Shown one piece after another: positions 53,821 through 63,121 of a DNA stretch of 64,000 bases. Below the pieces are notes generated by a model. The model did not search any database. It was not told where the DNA came from and saw nothing but the letters and a program-made list of their open reading frames with translations. The position numbers were made by a program, and so were the translations under genes. How positions within the stretch are numbered: position 1 is the stretch's first letter; every line of letters starts with the position of its first letter. Source of the stretch: an uncultured delta proteobacterium (GTDB taxonomy: Bacteria > Desulfobacterota > Desulfobacteria > Desulfobacterales > Desulfatirhabdiaceae); assembly GCA_963789395.1 (NCBI GenBank), contig CAWBKP010000020.1, forward strand, positions 64,001-128,000. Direction: 5' to 3'.

Positions 53821-54114
53821 CAATTATCCGATGATTCCAGCCCGATTCACCAGCGTTTCAAAACGCTGCGGTTGATTCCCGGATTTCCCTCTGTTTCTGA
53901 ATAGTTGTCTGTTTACCTGCTTAAAAAGTCAAACCGCATCGATCTTGACAAAGAATTCCCGCTCCTATAGATATTTAGACACGTTACCAAGGCTGTGCCG
54001 GAAGGAACGGCCATTCAGGTCAATCGCCGTTGATGGCCATCCGATCACACCCCTCCGAAAAAGGACTTCGGGAAGACGAAGGCGTACAGCATTCCGCATA
54101 TGAAGGAGGCGTCC

Positions 54115-55483
54115 ATGCGAACGATTCTGGTGGTTGATGACGAAACGCCGATTCTGGAATCCCTTGAAATGTTTCTGGGAGAAAAAGGGTACCGGATCAT
54201 CACCGCAGCCACGGGTGCGGAAGGCGAGAAGCAGTTCCGACAACATCATCCGGATGTGGTGATGCTGGATATCCGGCTTCCGGATAAAAGCGGACTTGAG
54301 ATATTAAAGGAAATGCTGAGCATCGCCAATCCGCCCAAAGTCATCATGATGACCGCCTTTCAGGATATGGAAACCACCATTGAAGCAATGAAGTCAGGCG
54401 CATATGAATATCTCAACAAGCCTTTGGATGCCGGAGATATCGAACGTACGGTCGATCGCGCTTTTCGCATGCGGTGGCCGGAGGAGAAACATGAACTTCC
54501 GGCAGATGTCCCGTCGGCAAAAGGGGTGATCATCGGAAAAAGTCCGCAGATGTGCTGATATTTTCAAGACCATTGGGATTTTATGCCGGAACCAGGCCAC
54601 TGTCTTGATCCAGGGTGAAACGGGAACCGGAAAGGAACTGGTTGCCCGGACCATTCACCAGAACAGTTCTTTTTCCGACGAACCCATGATAACACTGGAT
54701 TGTTCCGCCATTGTCGAAACCCTTCTGGAAAGTGAGCTCTTCGGGCATTCGAAAGGCGCGTTTACCGGCGCTGTCGAAACCAAGCCGGGAAAGATCGAGC
54801 TTGCCGGCAGGGGAACGCTTTTTCTGGATGAGGTGACGGAACTGCCGATTTATCTCCAATCCAAATTTCTTGGATTTCTGGAGCGTAAAGAATACATGCG
54901 GGTCGGCGGCCGGCGTATCCATAAATCCCGATGCCGGATCATATCGGCTACCAATCGGGATATGGCGGCGCTTGTGCGTCAGGGGCGTTTTCGTGAAGAC
55001 CTCTATTACCGGTTGAAAGTGGTTTCCATTTTTGTCCCCCCGCTCAGAGATCGCATCTGTGATATTCCGGACCTGTCCCGGTACTTTCTGCAGAAAGCCG
55101 CCAGAGAGCACTGCACGGAAGCGCTGCAATTTGAGGCCGGTGTTGTCGATCGGCTCTGTGCTCAGCCCTGGGTAGGGAATGTTCGACAGTTGCAGAACGT
55201 AATCATGGCTGCTGCGCTGCGATCCAGGGGCAAACGGGTGCTTCTGGAAGATATCGAACGGGAGCTGGCTGCAGGATGCAGCAGGACGATTCCGGAGCCT
55301 GCCGACTTTTCCATGGAATCTTCAGAACGGGCTCATATCCAGAAGACCCTGGATCATGTGCAATGGCACCGGTCTCGCGCCGCCGATCTTTTAGGAATTT
55401 CCCTGCCGACCCTTCGCAGCAAAATTCATAAATACAATCTTCAGCCTTCCCAGTCATTCCGGTTGCCGGTGGAGGATATCTGA
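54115..55483 (+). CDS. NtrC/AtoC-family sigma54 response regulator; frameshift at ~54556
   Basis: [57 protein letters not shown], Fis HTH. Removing one T restores SPQMCDIFKTIG. Confidence 0.92.
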
Positions 55484-55689
55484 AAATTTATTTCACTTCC
55501 GGGTAATTTTTTTTCAACAAAAAGTTGTTGCGCCACTTTTTGCTAAACAGCTTTCAGCGATTGATTGGCGGAGCAAAAAAACAACTGCGTTTATTTGGTT
55601 TGTGATGAATAGTATTTACAGAAGCTTGGCCTGATAACATTGCAGATAGTCTTGTTTATCCTTTCTGATGATTTTCCCAACATTACATT

Positions 55690-55705
55690 CGGCATGTCAT
55701 TTGCT
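55690..55705 (+). promoter_or_regulatory. sigma54 promoter of benzoate-CoA ligase
   Basis: CGGCATGTCATTTGCT; GG-N10-GC spacing; ~90 nt before the ATG. Confidence 0.75.
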
Positions 55706-55793
55706 TCTTCCGGTCAAAGGAGAGCGACTCGCACCGGGGGGCCGACAATAACGGGAAACAACAATCGAAAAGGCAGGGCAAAGGAGAGTTACG

Positions 55794-57332
55794 ATGACAA
55801 CAAGTTTGAATCTTCCTGAAGTGTTCAATGCTGCGGATCATTTTGTCGACCGGCACATTCGTGAAGGCCGGGGCGGGCGAAGCGCGATACGCTGTGGGGA
55901 CCGGTCTCTGACCTACGCCGATGTTCAGGCGGGAATGAACCGGTTCGGCAATGGCATAAAATCCCTGGGTGTCCGCATGGAAGAGCGGGTTGCGGTGCTG
56001 CTGCATGACACGGAGATCTATTCGCAGATTTTTTTCGGTGCCATCAAGACAGGTGCGGTGCCCATCTGCCTGAATACCCTGATGCGACCCAAGGATTACC
56101 AGTATTTCCTGAACGACAGTCGGGCGCGGGTACTGGTCGTTGAGGCAACCCTGTGGGGGCTGGTGGCGCCGATTCGAAACAATCTGATGTATCTTGAGCA
56201 TATTATTGTGGCCAACGGTCCGGCGCCCGATTCAACCCTTGCTTACGAAGAATGGGTCGCCGGCCAGTCAACGGAACTCTCCGCAGCCCCGACCTCTCCC
56301 GATGACCCCTGTTTCTGGCTTTACAGCTCCGGGACCACCGGGCAGTCCAAAGGAACGGTTCATCTGCAGCATGACATGGTTTATGCAGCAGAAACTTACG
56401 GAAAACAGGTTCTGGGCGTTCAGGAAAACGATATCTGTTTTTCCGCTGCCAAACTGTTTTTTGCCTACGGCCTGGGAAACGGGCTGTATTTTCCTTTCCA
56501 TGTTGGCGCCACAGCGGTTTATCTGCCGGATCGGCCGCTGCCTGCCGCCGTGTTTGAGACGATTGAGCGCTTCCGGCCCACGCTGTTTTTCGGGGTGCCG
56601 ACGCTGTTCAGCAATATGCTGGTGGCCGAAGGCAAACTGACGGGTGTTCGGCTCTGCGTATCCGCCGGGGAGTCCCTGCCCCCGGATATTCTAAAAAGGT
56701 GGGAAAGCCGCTTTGGCGTGACGATTCTGGACGGGATCGGATCCACGGAAATGGCCCACATCTTTATTTCCAACCGCATCGGCAATATCCAGCCCGGCTG
56801 CACGGGCCTGCCGGTGCCAGGCTATGAGGCCAAAATTGTCGATGAAAACTTCAACCCGGTACCGGACGGCGAGATCGGCACCCTGCTGGTCAAGGGAGAC
56901 AGTGCTGCCGCCTATTACTGGAACAAGCACGAAAAGACCAAGGAAACCATGCTGGGCGAGTGGCTGAACACCGGCGACAAATTCTATAAAAACGAAAAAG
57001 GCTTTTTTTACTATGTGGGCCGTACCAACGACATGCTGAAAGCCGGCGGCATCTGGGTATCGCCGGTGGAGGTGGAGGCCTGCCTGATCGAGCATCCGGC
57101 GGTCCTTGAATGTGCGGTGGTCGGGGCTGAGGACGAGGAAAATCTGATCAAACCCAAGGCTTTTATCGTCCTGCAGCAGGGCTATGCCCCTTCCCCGGAG
57201 CTGGAAAAAGCGCTCAAAGCGCATGTCAAGGAATCGCTGGCGCCCTATAAATTCCCTAGATGGATTTCATTTGTTGAGGATCTGCCGAAAACCGCCACCG
57301 GCAAGATCAAGCGCTTTGAACTGAGACAATAG
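55794..57332 (+). CDS. Benzoate-CoA ligase family aryl-CoA ligase
   Basis: FNAA, FWLYSSGTTGQSKG, KLFFAYGLGN, DGIGSTE..HIFISN, GGIWVSPVEVE, PKTATGKIKR. Confidence 0.92.
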   Translation: MTTSLNLPEVFNAADHFVDRHIREGRGGRSAIRCGDRSLTYADVQAGMNRFGNGIKSLGVRMEERVAVLLHDTEIYSQIFFGAIKTGAVPICLNTLMRPKDYQYFLNDSRARVLVVEATLWGLVAPIRNNLMYLEHIIVANGPAPDSTLAYEEWVAGQSTELSAAPTSPDDPCFWLYSSGTTGQSKGTVHLQHDMVYAAETYGKQVLGVQENDICFSAAKLFFAYGLGNGLYFPFHVGATAVYLPDRPLPAAVFETIERFRPTLFFGVPTLFSNMLVAEGKLTGVRLCVSAGESLPPDILKRWESRFGVTILDGIGSTEMAHIFISNRIGNIQPGCTGLPVPGYEAKIVDENFNPVPDGEIGTLLVKGDSAAAYYWNKHEKTKETMLGEWLNTGDKFYKNEKGFFYYVGRTNDMLKAGGIWVSPVEVEACLIEHPAVLECAVVGAEDEENLIKPKAFIVLQQGYAPSPELEKALKAHVKESLAPYKFPRWISFVEDLPKTATGKIKRFELRQ

Positions 57333-57388
57333 GCAGGTTATATTCATTCATGAATTCAGGGTACCTTCTCGTTCAAATAAAAAACCCT

Positions 57389-57423
57389 TCCCCCTCTGGA
57401 AAATGGGGATCGAGGGCGATTTC
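57389..57423 (-). repeat. REP-like palindrome family A, degenerate copy
   Basis: tccccctctggaaaatggggatcgagggcgattt resembles ccccctttgaaaaaaagggggccaggggggattt. Confidence 0.55.
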
Positions 57424-57470
57424 AACTCAATAACATTGGCGGTGGACCGTCACAAACTTAGGAATAACTG

Positions 57471-58037
57471 ATGAAACCTGCTGTCATTGTCGTCGATATG
57501 CTGGAAGGAAATTATGAACACATCCCGGCCGAGGACCGGGACGAAATCCGGATCATTCCCCTTGTCCGGGAGTTTCTCAAATCCTGCCGCCCAAAATCCA
57601 TTCCGGTAATCTTTGCATGCGACAGTTTTCTGGAAAATGATTTCATTTTCAAGGGACGGATGAAACCTCATGCCATCCGGGGAACTTCAGGCGTCAGGCC
57701 GCTGCCCGCTCTGGAAATCGAAAAGACGGATATCATGCTGGAAAAGAGGCGATTCAGCGCATTTTTTAAAACAGACCTGGATCAGACACTGAGAACGCTG
57801 GGGGTGGATACGGTGGCTGTCTGCGGGATTCATACCCATTTCTGTGTCCTGACAACGGCTCTGGATGCCGTCTGTCTGGATTTCAACAGCATCATGCTGG
57901 AGGATTTGTGCGCAGCCTATAAAAGAGAGATTCATGTAAACTGCATCGAAGCCTACCGGAAATCGGCGATTCACCCCATTTTAAGGGTGATGCCGTCATC
58001 GGAATTTCTGCATGAAATAAATGATTTCGGTGTATAA
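57471..58037 (+). CDS. Isochorismatase/nicotinamidase-family cysteine hydrolase
   Basis: Asp-Lys-Cys triad context: IVVDML, EKRRFSAFFKTDL, GIHTHFCVLTTALDA. Confidence 0.9.
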   Translation: MKPAVIVVDMLEGNYEHIPAEDRDEIRIIPLVREFLKSCRPKSIPVIFACDSFLENDFIFKGRMKPHAIRGTSGVRPLPALEIEKTDIMLEKRRFSAFFKTDLDQTLRTLGVDTVAVCGIHTHFCVLTTALDAVCLDFNSIMLEDLCAAYKREIHVNCIEAYRKSAIHPILRVMPSSEFLHEINDFGV

Positions 58038-58092
58038 AAAGGCTGTGTTTTTTTGATGATATTCTGATAGTATTTGATCTTCATGTGGGCAG

Positions 58093-58139
58093 AAAAGTCC
58101 CTTCAACGATATCGGCAAATTTCGTGAAGGGACTTTTTT
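58093..58139 (+). terminator. Probable terminator after the cysteine hydrolase
   Basis: aaaagtcccttca / tgaagggactttt stem ending in a T run. Confidence 0.7.
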
Positions 58140-58328
58140 AATTCTCATCCGCTGTATCGTATGCATTGGTATCTGTGGAATGCCGGTCATTATATGTTGC
58201 CGGCGGATGTGGGATGTAATAGCGTGCATCGTCATTCAATATGGAAGCTCGCGGTATTTCCATTGATATAAAAGGCCTGTGCGACAGCCGGCCAATTGAA
58301 ATCGCCAAGAAGTGCGACCGGGAAGGAT

Positions 58329-59771
58329 ATGGGAAAAAAATCAAAATTGAAGGGATTCGGCGAGCTGGATGAAGACATCGTCAACGCCCTTATAGATAAT
58401 CCTTATGAATGCCCGATTGTTATCGATAACAAAGGCATTATCCGTTTCATGAGCCGTTTCAGTAAAAGCCTCATTAAGATTGATCCGGAAAATGCGATCG
58501 GAAAACATATTTCGGACATCATTCCGGAAACCCATCTTCATGAAGTTCTGGAGGAAGGAAAGGCCAGAATAGGAGATACGCTGTACATTGCCGGACGCCA
58601 ACAAGTCATATCCAGAATTCCCTTGCGAAATTACAAGGATGAGCTCATCGGCGCTGTCGGCAAGGGGATATTCAACGAAACATCCAAAGTGTTTGAGCTT
58701 CATCGCAGAATCGAGCAGTTGAACGGAAGAATTCTGGCGCTGCAGGAACAGGTAAACAACATGAAAGGCGGCGCCGTGATTGTGGGCCGGTCCGCGCTCA
58801 TCCAGGCCACCAGAGAAAGTGCATACCAGGCCGCAAGAACGAATGCCTCTGTTTTAATTACCGGGGAAACCGGAACCGGCAAGGAAGTGATTGCGTTTTA
58901 TATCCACCAGTGCAGCCAGAGAGCCAAAGAGCCTTTTATCCGGGTCAACTGTGCCGCCATCCCTGCCGATCTGTTTGAAAGCGAGCTTTTCGGATACGAG
59001 GAAGGCGCGTTTACCGGCGCCCTGGCAAAGGGCAAACCGGGAAAATTTGAACTGGCGAAAGGCGGAACGATTTTTCTGGATGAAATCGCCGAACTGCCTG
59101 TCCCGATGCAGGCAAAGCTGCTCCGGGTCATCCAGGAAAGGACGGTGGATCGGCTGGGGGGAACCAAACCCCTTGACGTTGATTTCCGGCTCATTGCCGC
59201 CACAAACCGGAACCTGCCGGATCTGGTCAAAAAAGAGGCATTCCGGATGGATCTGTATTTTCGGATCAATGTGTTTCAGATCCAGGCACCCGGTTTGAGG
59301 CAGATCCGGGAAGATGTTCCCGTCATAGCCATGCATTTAATGTCGTTGTTAAAAGAAGAAATCGGCTGGGGTCCTTCAGCTATCGCCGATGATGCCATGG
59401 AAGTCCTCAAGCTATACGCATGGCCCGGAAATGTCAGAGAACTCAGAAATATTTTGGAAAGGGTGATGATCGTCTCCAAAGACAATGTTATTCGCGTGGA
59501 AGATCTTCCTGCCATGATCCGAAACAAAGGCATCGCGCAGTCCTTTCCAGGCGCCTTTTCTCCGGAGGGAACGCTTCGCCGGAAATTGGAGGATGCTGAA
59601 AAAAGAATCATTTTGGAAACGCTTCAGCACACCAACGGCAATAAGTTGAAAGCCGCAAAACTTCTGGGGATTCACCGCTCCTCCCTGTATGAAAGGCTCA
59701 AGCGCATGGGCCATGATACAGTTGATGGCGATGGCCATCAATCATCATCCAGGACTCGCTCCAGAGCATAA
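58329..59771 (+). CDS. PAS-domain sigma54-dependent activator
   Basis: PAS-like N-terminus, [54 protein letters not shown]. Confidence 0.93.
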   Translation: MGKKSKLKGFGELDEDIVNALIDNPYECPIVIDNKGIIRFMSRFSKSLIKIDPENAIGKHISDIIPETHLHEVLEEGKARIGDTLYIAGRQQVISRIPLRNYKDELIGAVGKGIFNETSKVFELHRRIEQLNGRILALQEQVNNMKGGAVIVGRSALIQATRESAYQAARTNASVLITGETGTGKEVIAFYIHQCSQRAKEPFIRVNCAAIPADLFESELFGYEEGAFTGALAKGKPGKFELAKGGTIFLDEIAELPVPMQAKLLRVIQERTVDRLGGTKPLDVDFRLIAATNRNLPDLVKKEAFRMDLYFRINVFQIQAPGLRQIREDVPVIAMHLMSLLKEEIGWGPSAIADDAMEVLKLYAWPGNVRELRNILERVMIVSKDNVIRVEDLPAMIRNKGIAQSFPGAFSPEGTLRRKLEDAEKRIILETLQHTNGNKLKAAKLLGIHRSSLYERLKRMGHDTVDGDGHQSSSRTRSRA

Positions 59772-60000
59772 AAAAGAAGCAGGCCCCCTGAGTGTCTGGA
59801 TTGTTGTACATGTCTATAAATTTCAGACAATATGATTTATCAATAAAGATATTCAATATGTTATAGAATTTATGTGATTGCTCCCCGCCAGTACTGTCCA
59901 CCCGGCAAGACATCCCTGTTTTTGCATGTGTTGATATCTTCCGGAAATAACCCGTTGAAATAACAATCTAATTTCTGTTTGTAACAGCATGTTTCATGCT

Positions 60001-60016
60001 TGGCCCTTGTTTTGCT
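60001..60016 (+). promoter_or_regulatory. sigma54 promoter of the glutaryl-CoA operon
   Basis: TGGCCCTTGTTTTGCT; upstream TGT-N12/13-ACA dyads at 59793-59810, 59811-59829 and 59895-59912 are candidate activator sites. Confidence 0.8.
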
Positions 60017-60132
60017 TAAAGCGAAGGGACTGGGACAGGCTTTCAACTGCCATCACGAGAAGATGCAGGACATGTTGCTGAACGGATCACGATATAACTA
60101 CTAGTCAATTTATAAAGGAAAAAGGTGATTAT

Positions 60133-61296
60133 ATGGATTTCGGTCTTTCCAAGGAACTGACGATGTTGAAAAAAGCGGTGAGTGAATTTGCCAAGAAAAA
60201 AATAGCTCCCTTTGCCGATGAATGGGATGCGAACAATTATTTCCCCTATGAAGAAGCCATCAGACCCATGGGCGAGCTGGGCTTTTTCGGTACGGTCATC
60301 CCCGAGGCCTATGGCGGAGAAAACATGGGATGGCTGGCCGCGATGATCGTGACCGAGGAAATTGCAAAAGCCTCCAGTTCCCTGCGCGTGCAGGTGAACA
60401 TGCAGGTGCTGGGATGCGCTTATACGATTTTTACTTACGGAGAAGAAGTGCTGAAGAAAAAATATGTCGAAAAACTCTGCACCGCCGAATACCTTGGCGG
60501 ATTCGGCATCACCGAGGCCGATGCCGGATCGGACACCATGTCCATGAAATCAACCGCCGAGGAAAAGGATGACTGCTTTCTGCTGAACGGTTCCAAAACA
60601 TGGATATCCAATGCCGCCGTTGCCGATGTTCTGATCTGCTATGCCTATACCGACAAATCAAAAGGCTCCAAAGGCCTGTCCGCATTTGTCATCGAACCCA
60701 AGAATTTTGCCGGAATCAAAACCTCTGCCCTTGAAAAACTGGGATCACACTCCTCGCCCACGGGAGAACTCTTTTTTGACAACGTCAGGATTCCCAAGGA
60801 AAACCTTCTTGGGAAAAGTCGGCGATGGCGCCAAAATTCTCTTCAGCTCCCTGAATCACACCCGGTTTCCGCTGCGGCGGGCGGCGTCGGTCTGTCCCAG
60901 GCATGTCTGGATGAGGCCGTAAAATACTGCAACACCCGGAAGCAGTTTGGAAAATCCATCGGTGAATTTCAGATGAATCAGGATATGATCGCTCAGATGG
61001 CCACCGATATCGAGGCCGCAAGACTGCTGGTATATAAAGCCGCCGTGGCTAAGGACAAGGGCATGCTGAACAACGGGCTCGATGTGGCCCAGGCAAAACT
61101 GTTTTCAGGGGAAACCGCGACAAAATGCGCCAACTTTGCCATGAGAATACTGGGCGCTTACGGATATTCGACTGAATATCCGGTTGCCAGATATTACCGG
61201 GATGCGCCCACTTACAGCATGGTGGAAGGATCCACCAACATCTGCAAGATGATCATCGCCCTGGATCAGCTTGGCGTCAAAAAAGCGAACAGATAA
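60133..61296 (+). CDS. acd: Glutaryl-CoA dehydrogenase, non-decarboxylating; two compensating indels at ~60812-60870
   Basis: Closely resembles the Desulfococcus multivorans enzyme as recalled (RPMGELGFFGTVIPE, SSSLRVQVNM, RDAPTY.MVEGS, DQLGV.KANR); adjacent to gcd genes. Confidence 0.88.
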   Translation: MDFGLSKELTMLKKAVSEFAKKKIAPFADEWDANNYFPYEEAIRPMGELGFFGTVIPEAYGGENMGWLAAMIVTEEIAKASSSLRVQVNMQVLGCAYTIFTYGEEVLKKKYVEKLCTAEYLGGFGITEADAGSDTMSMKSTAEEKDDCFLLNGSKTWISNAAVADVLICYAYTDKSKGSKGLSAFVIEPKNFAGIKTSALEKLGSHSSPTGELFFDNVRIPKENLLGKSRRWRQNSLQLPESHPVSAAAGGVGLSQACLDEAVKYCNTRKQFGKSIGEFQMNQDMIAQMATDIEAARLLVYKAAVAKDKGMLNNGLDVAQAKLFSGETATKCANFAMRILGAYGYSTEYPVARYYRDAPTYSMVEGSTNICKMIIALDQLGVKKANR

Positions 61297-61330
61297 CCCA
61301 AAACGTAAAAAATCGGGAGAGGAGTCACTC

Positions 61331-61462
61331 ATGGGCGAGACCCTGGGAATTTTTGTTGCCGGAATTGCCGGTGTTTTTCTGGGTATGGCACTGCTCTACC
61401 TTTCGACAAAATTAACCTCTGTCGTTACGGACAGATATTTTAAAAGCACGGATGATAAATGA
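61331..61462 (+). CDS. OadG/GcdD-like single-TM subunit (43 aa)
   Basis: GGAG ribosome site; MGETLGIFVAGIAGVFLGMALLYL; stop overlaps the beta-subunit start. Confidence 0.78.
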   Translation: MGETLGIFVAGIAGVFLGMALLYLSTKLTSVVTDRYFKSTDDK

Positions 61463-62580
61463 TCGATAAACTGCTTGCGATGGTGGCGACAACCGGTTTT
61501 TTGTTGATAACACCCGGCATGGTTTTCATGTGGGCGATCGGACTGATCCTGATCTTTCTGGCCATTTCTAAAGAGTATGAACCGCTGCTGCTGCTTCCCA
61601 TCGGTTTCGGAATCATTCTTGCCAACCTGCCCCTGGCAGGGCTGATGGAACCGAACGAAGGACTTCTCTGGAAGTTTTACGAATACGGCATTCACTGGGA
61701 AATCATCCCGCCGCTCATTTTCCTGGGCCTTGGGGCACTGACGGACTTTGGTCCCATGCTGGCAAGGCCGTCCCTGATTTTTCTGGGGGCAGGGGCTCAG
61801 GCAGGTGTTTACATCACGTTCTTTGTCGCCCATCTCTTTTTGGGGTTTTCCTTTAAAGAAGCCGCCACGATCGGGATCATCGGCGGCGCTGACGGGCCGA
61901 CAACCATTTACCTGGCCTCGAAGCTTGCGCCGCACATGCTGGGAACCTGCGCCGTGGCGGCATACTCCTATATGGCGCTGGTGCCGATCATACAGCCGCC
62001 GGTCATGAGACTGCTCACAACCGATGCGGAGCGGAAAATCAGGATGCCCAAGTCCAGAAAGGTGGGGAAACTGGAAAGAATGCTTTTTCCGATCATTTCC
62101 ACATTTGTGATTATTCTGCTTGTTCCCCCGGCCGCTCCCCTGATTGCGATGTTCATGGTGGGCAATCTGTTCCGGGAATGCAAGGTCGTGGAAAGACTCA
62201 GTCACGCCGCCCAGAACGAACTGCTGAACATCATCACCATTTTACTGGGAATCCCCATCGGCGCCACCATGCATGCGGAAACCTTTCTGAAAAAAGAAGT
62301 GATTTTTGTCTTTATACTCGGGCTGTTCGCCTTTGCAGCCAGCACGGCGACCGGGGTTATCATTGCCAAAATCATGAATTTGTTCACCAGGGAGAAGATC
62401 AATCCATTGCTGGGTGCAGCCGGAGTCTCCGCCGTGCCCATGGCGGCGCGCGTGGTGCACAAGGTGGCCCAGGAATCGGACAAGAAAAATTATCTGTTGA
62501 TGTACGCCATGGGCCCGAATGTTTCCGGAGTGATCGGAACCGTCATTGCCGCGGGCATATTTTTAACCCTGCTCAAATAA
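61459..62580 (+). CDS. gcdB: Na+-translocating decarboxylase beta subunit
   Basis: YEPLLLLPIGFG, GALTDFGP, IGIIGGADGPT, AYSYMALVPIIQPP, GVSAVPMAARV, AMGPNVSGVIG. Confidence 0.93.
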   Translation: MIDKLLAMVATTGFLLITPGMVFMWAIGLILIFLAISKEYEPLLLLPIGFGIILANLPLAGLMEPNEGLLWKFYEYGIHWEIIPPLIFLGLGALTDFGPMLARPSLIFLGAGAQAGVYITFFVAHLFLGFSFKEAATIGIIGGADGPTTIYLASKLAPHMLGTCAVAAYSYMALVPIIQPPVMRLLTTDAERKIRMPKSRKVGKLERMLFPIISTFVIILLVPPAAPLIAMFMVGNLFRECKVVERLSHAAQNELLNIITILLGIPIGATMHAETFLKKEVIFVFILGLFAFAASTATGVIIAKIMNLFTREKINPLLGAAGVSAVPMAARVVHKVAQESDKKNYLLMYAMGPNVSGVIGTVIAAGIFLTLLK

Positions 62581-62721
62581 ATCCATGGACCGGACGGTTT
62601 TCCGGTAAACGGATATAAATCTCTGCTGACAAACAGACCGGCGTATGAATACCTGCAAAAACATAAGCGCAGCACTGAAAGCAGATCACGTTTAAACAAC
62701 AAATAATGAAGAGGAAAAACC

Positions 62722-62943
62722 ATGAATGAAGAACTGTTGGCCCCCTTGGCCGGAATGATCACCCAGATGGATATCAATGTCGGTGACAAGGTTGAAGAAG
62801 ATGACGATGCCCTGGTTATCGAAGCAATGAAAATGGAAACTCGGATTTATGTTCCCTGCAGCGGCGTCGTCCGGGAGGTCCGGGTAAAAAAAGGGGATAA
62901 GGTTGAAGAAGACGATATCATTGCGGTCATTCAAATCAATTAG
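62722..62943 (+). CDS. gcdC: Stand-alone biotin carboxyl carrier (73 aa)
   Basis: APLAG..VGDKV..IEAMKME..GVV..GDKV. Confidence 0.88.
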   Translation: MNEELLAPLAGMITQMDINVGDKVEEDDDALVIEAMKMETRIYVPCSGVVREVRVKKGDKVEEDDIIAVIQIN

Positions 62944-62960
62944 TTTTCCGAATCAAATTG

Positions 62961-63093
62961 GATGAACTCGTAAAAATTCAGGAATTGGCTTCTTCCGTCA
63001 TTGCGGCGAAAGCCGGAATCCATTGCATTTAAATGGTTATGGGCTCCGGCTTTCGCCGAAGTGACGGTGGTCTGGATTTTTTTGGAAGCCATC
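62961..63093. mobile_element. MITE/REP-like non-autonomous element (family B)
   Basis: Degenerate terminal inverted repeats gatgaactcgtaaaaattcag / ctggatttttttggaagccatc enclose the hairpin ccgtcattgcggcgaaagccggaatcca..tgggctccggctttcgccgaagtgacgg. Confidence 0.72.
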
Positions 63094-63121
63094 ATATTTG
63101 ATCAGTCGTTGGAGTCAGCTC

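Noticed and set aside
54550..54560. TGC-TGA in the response regulator as possible selenocysteine or readthrough
   Set aside because: The downstream domain is in a different frame, and deleting one T restores the sequence. It is an indel, not recoding.
55627..55644. Second sigma54-like site TGGCCTGATAACATTGCA
   Set aside because: GG-to-GC spacing is 12 rather than 10.
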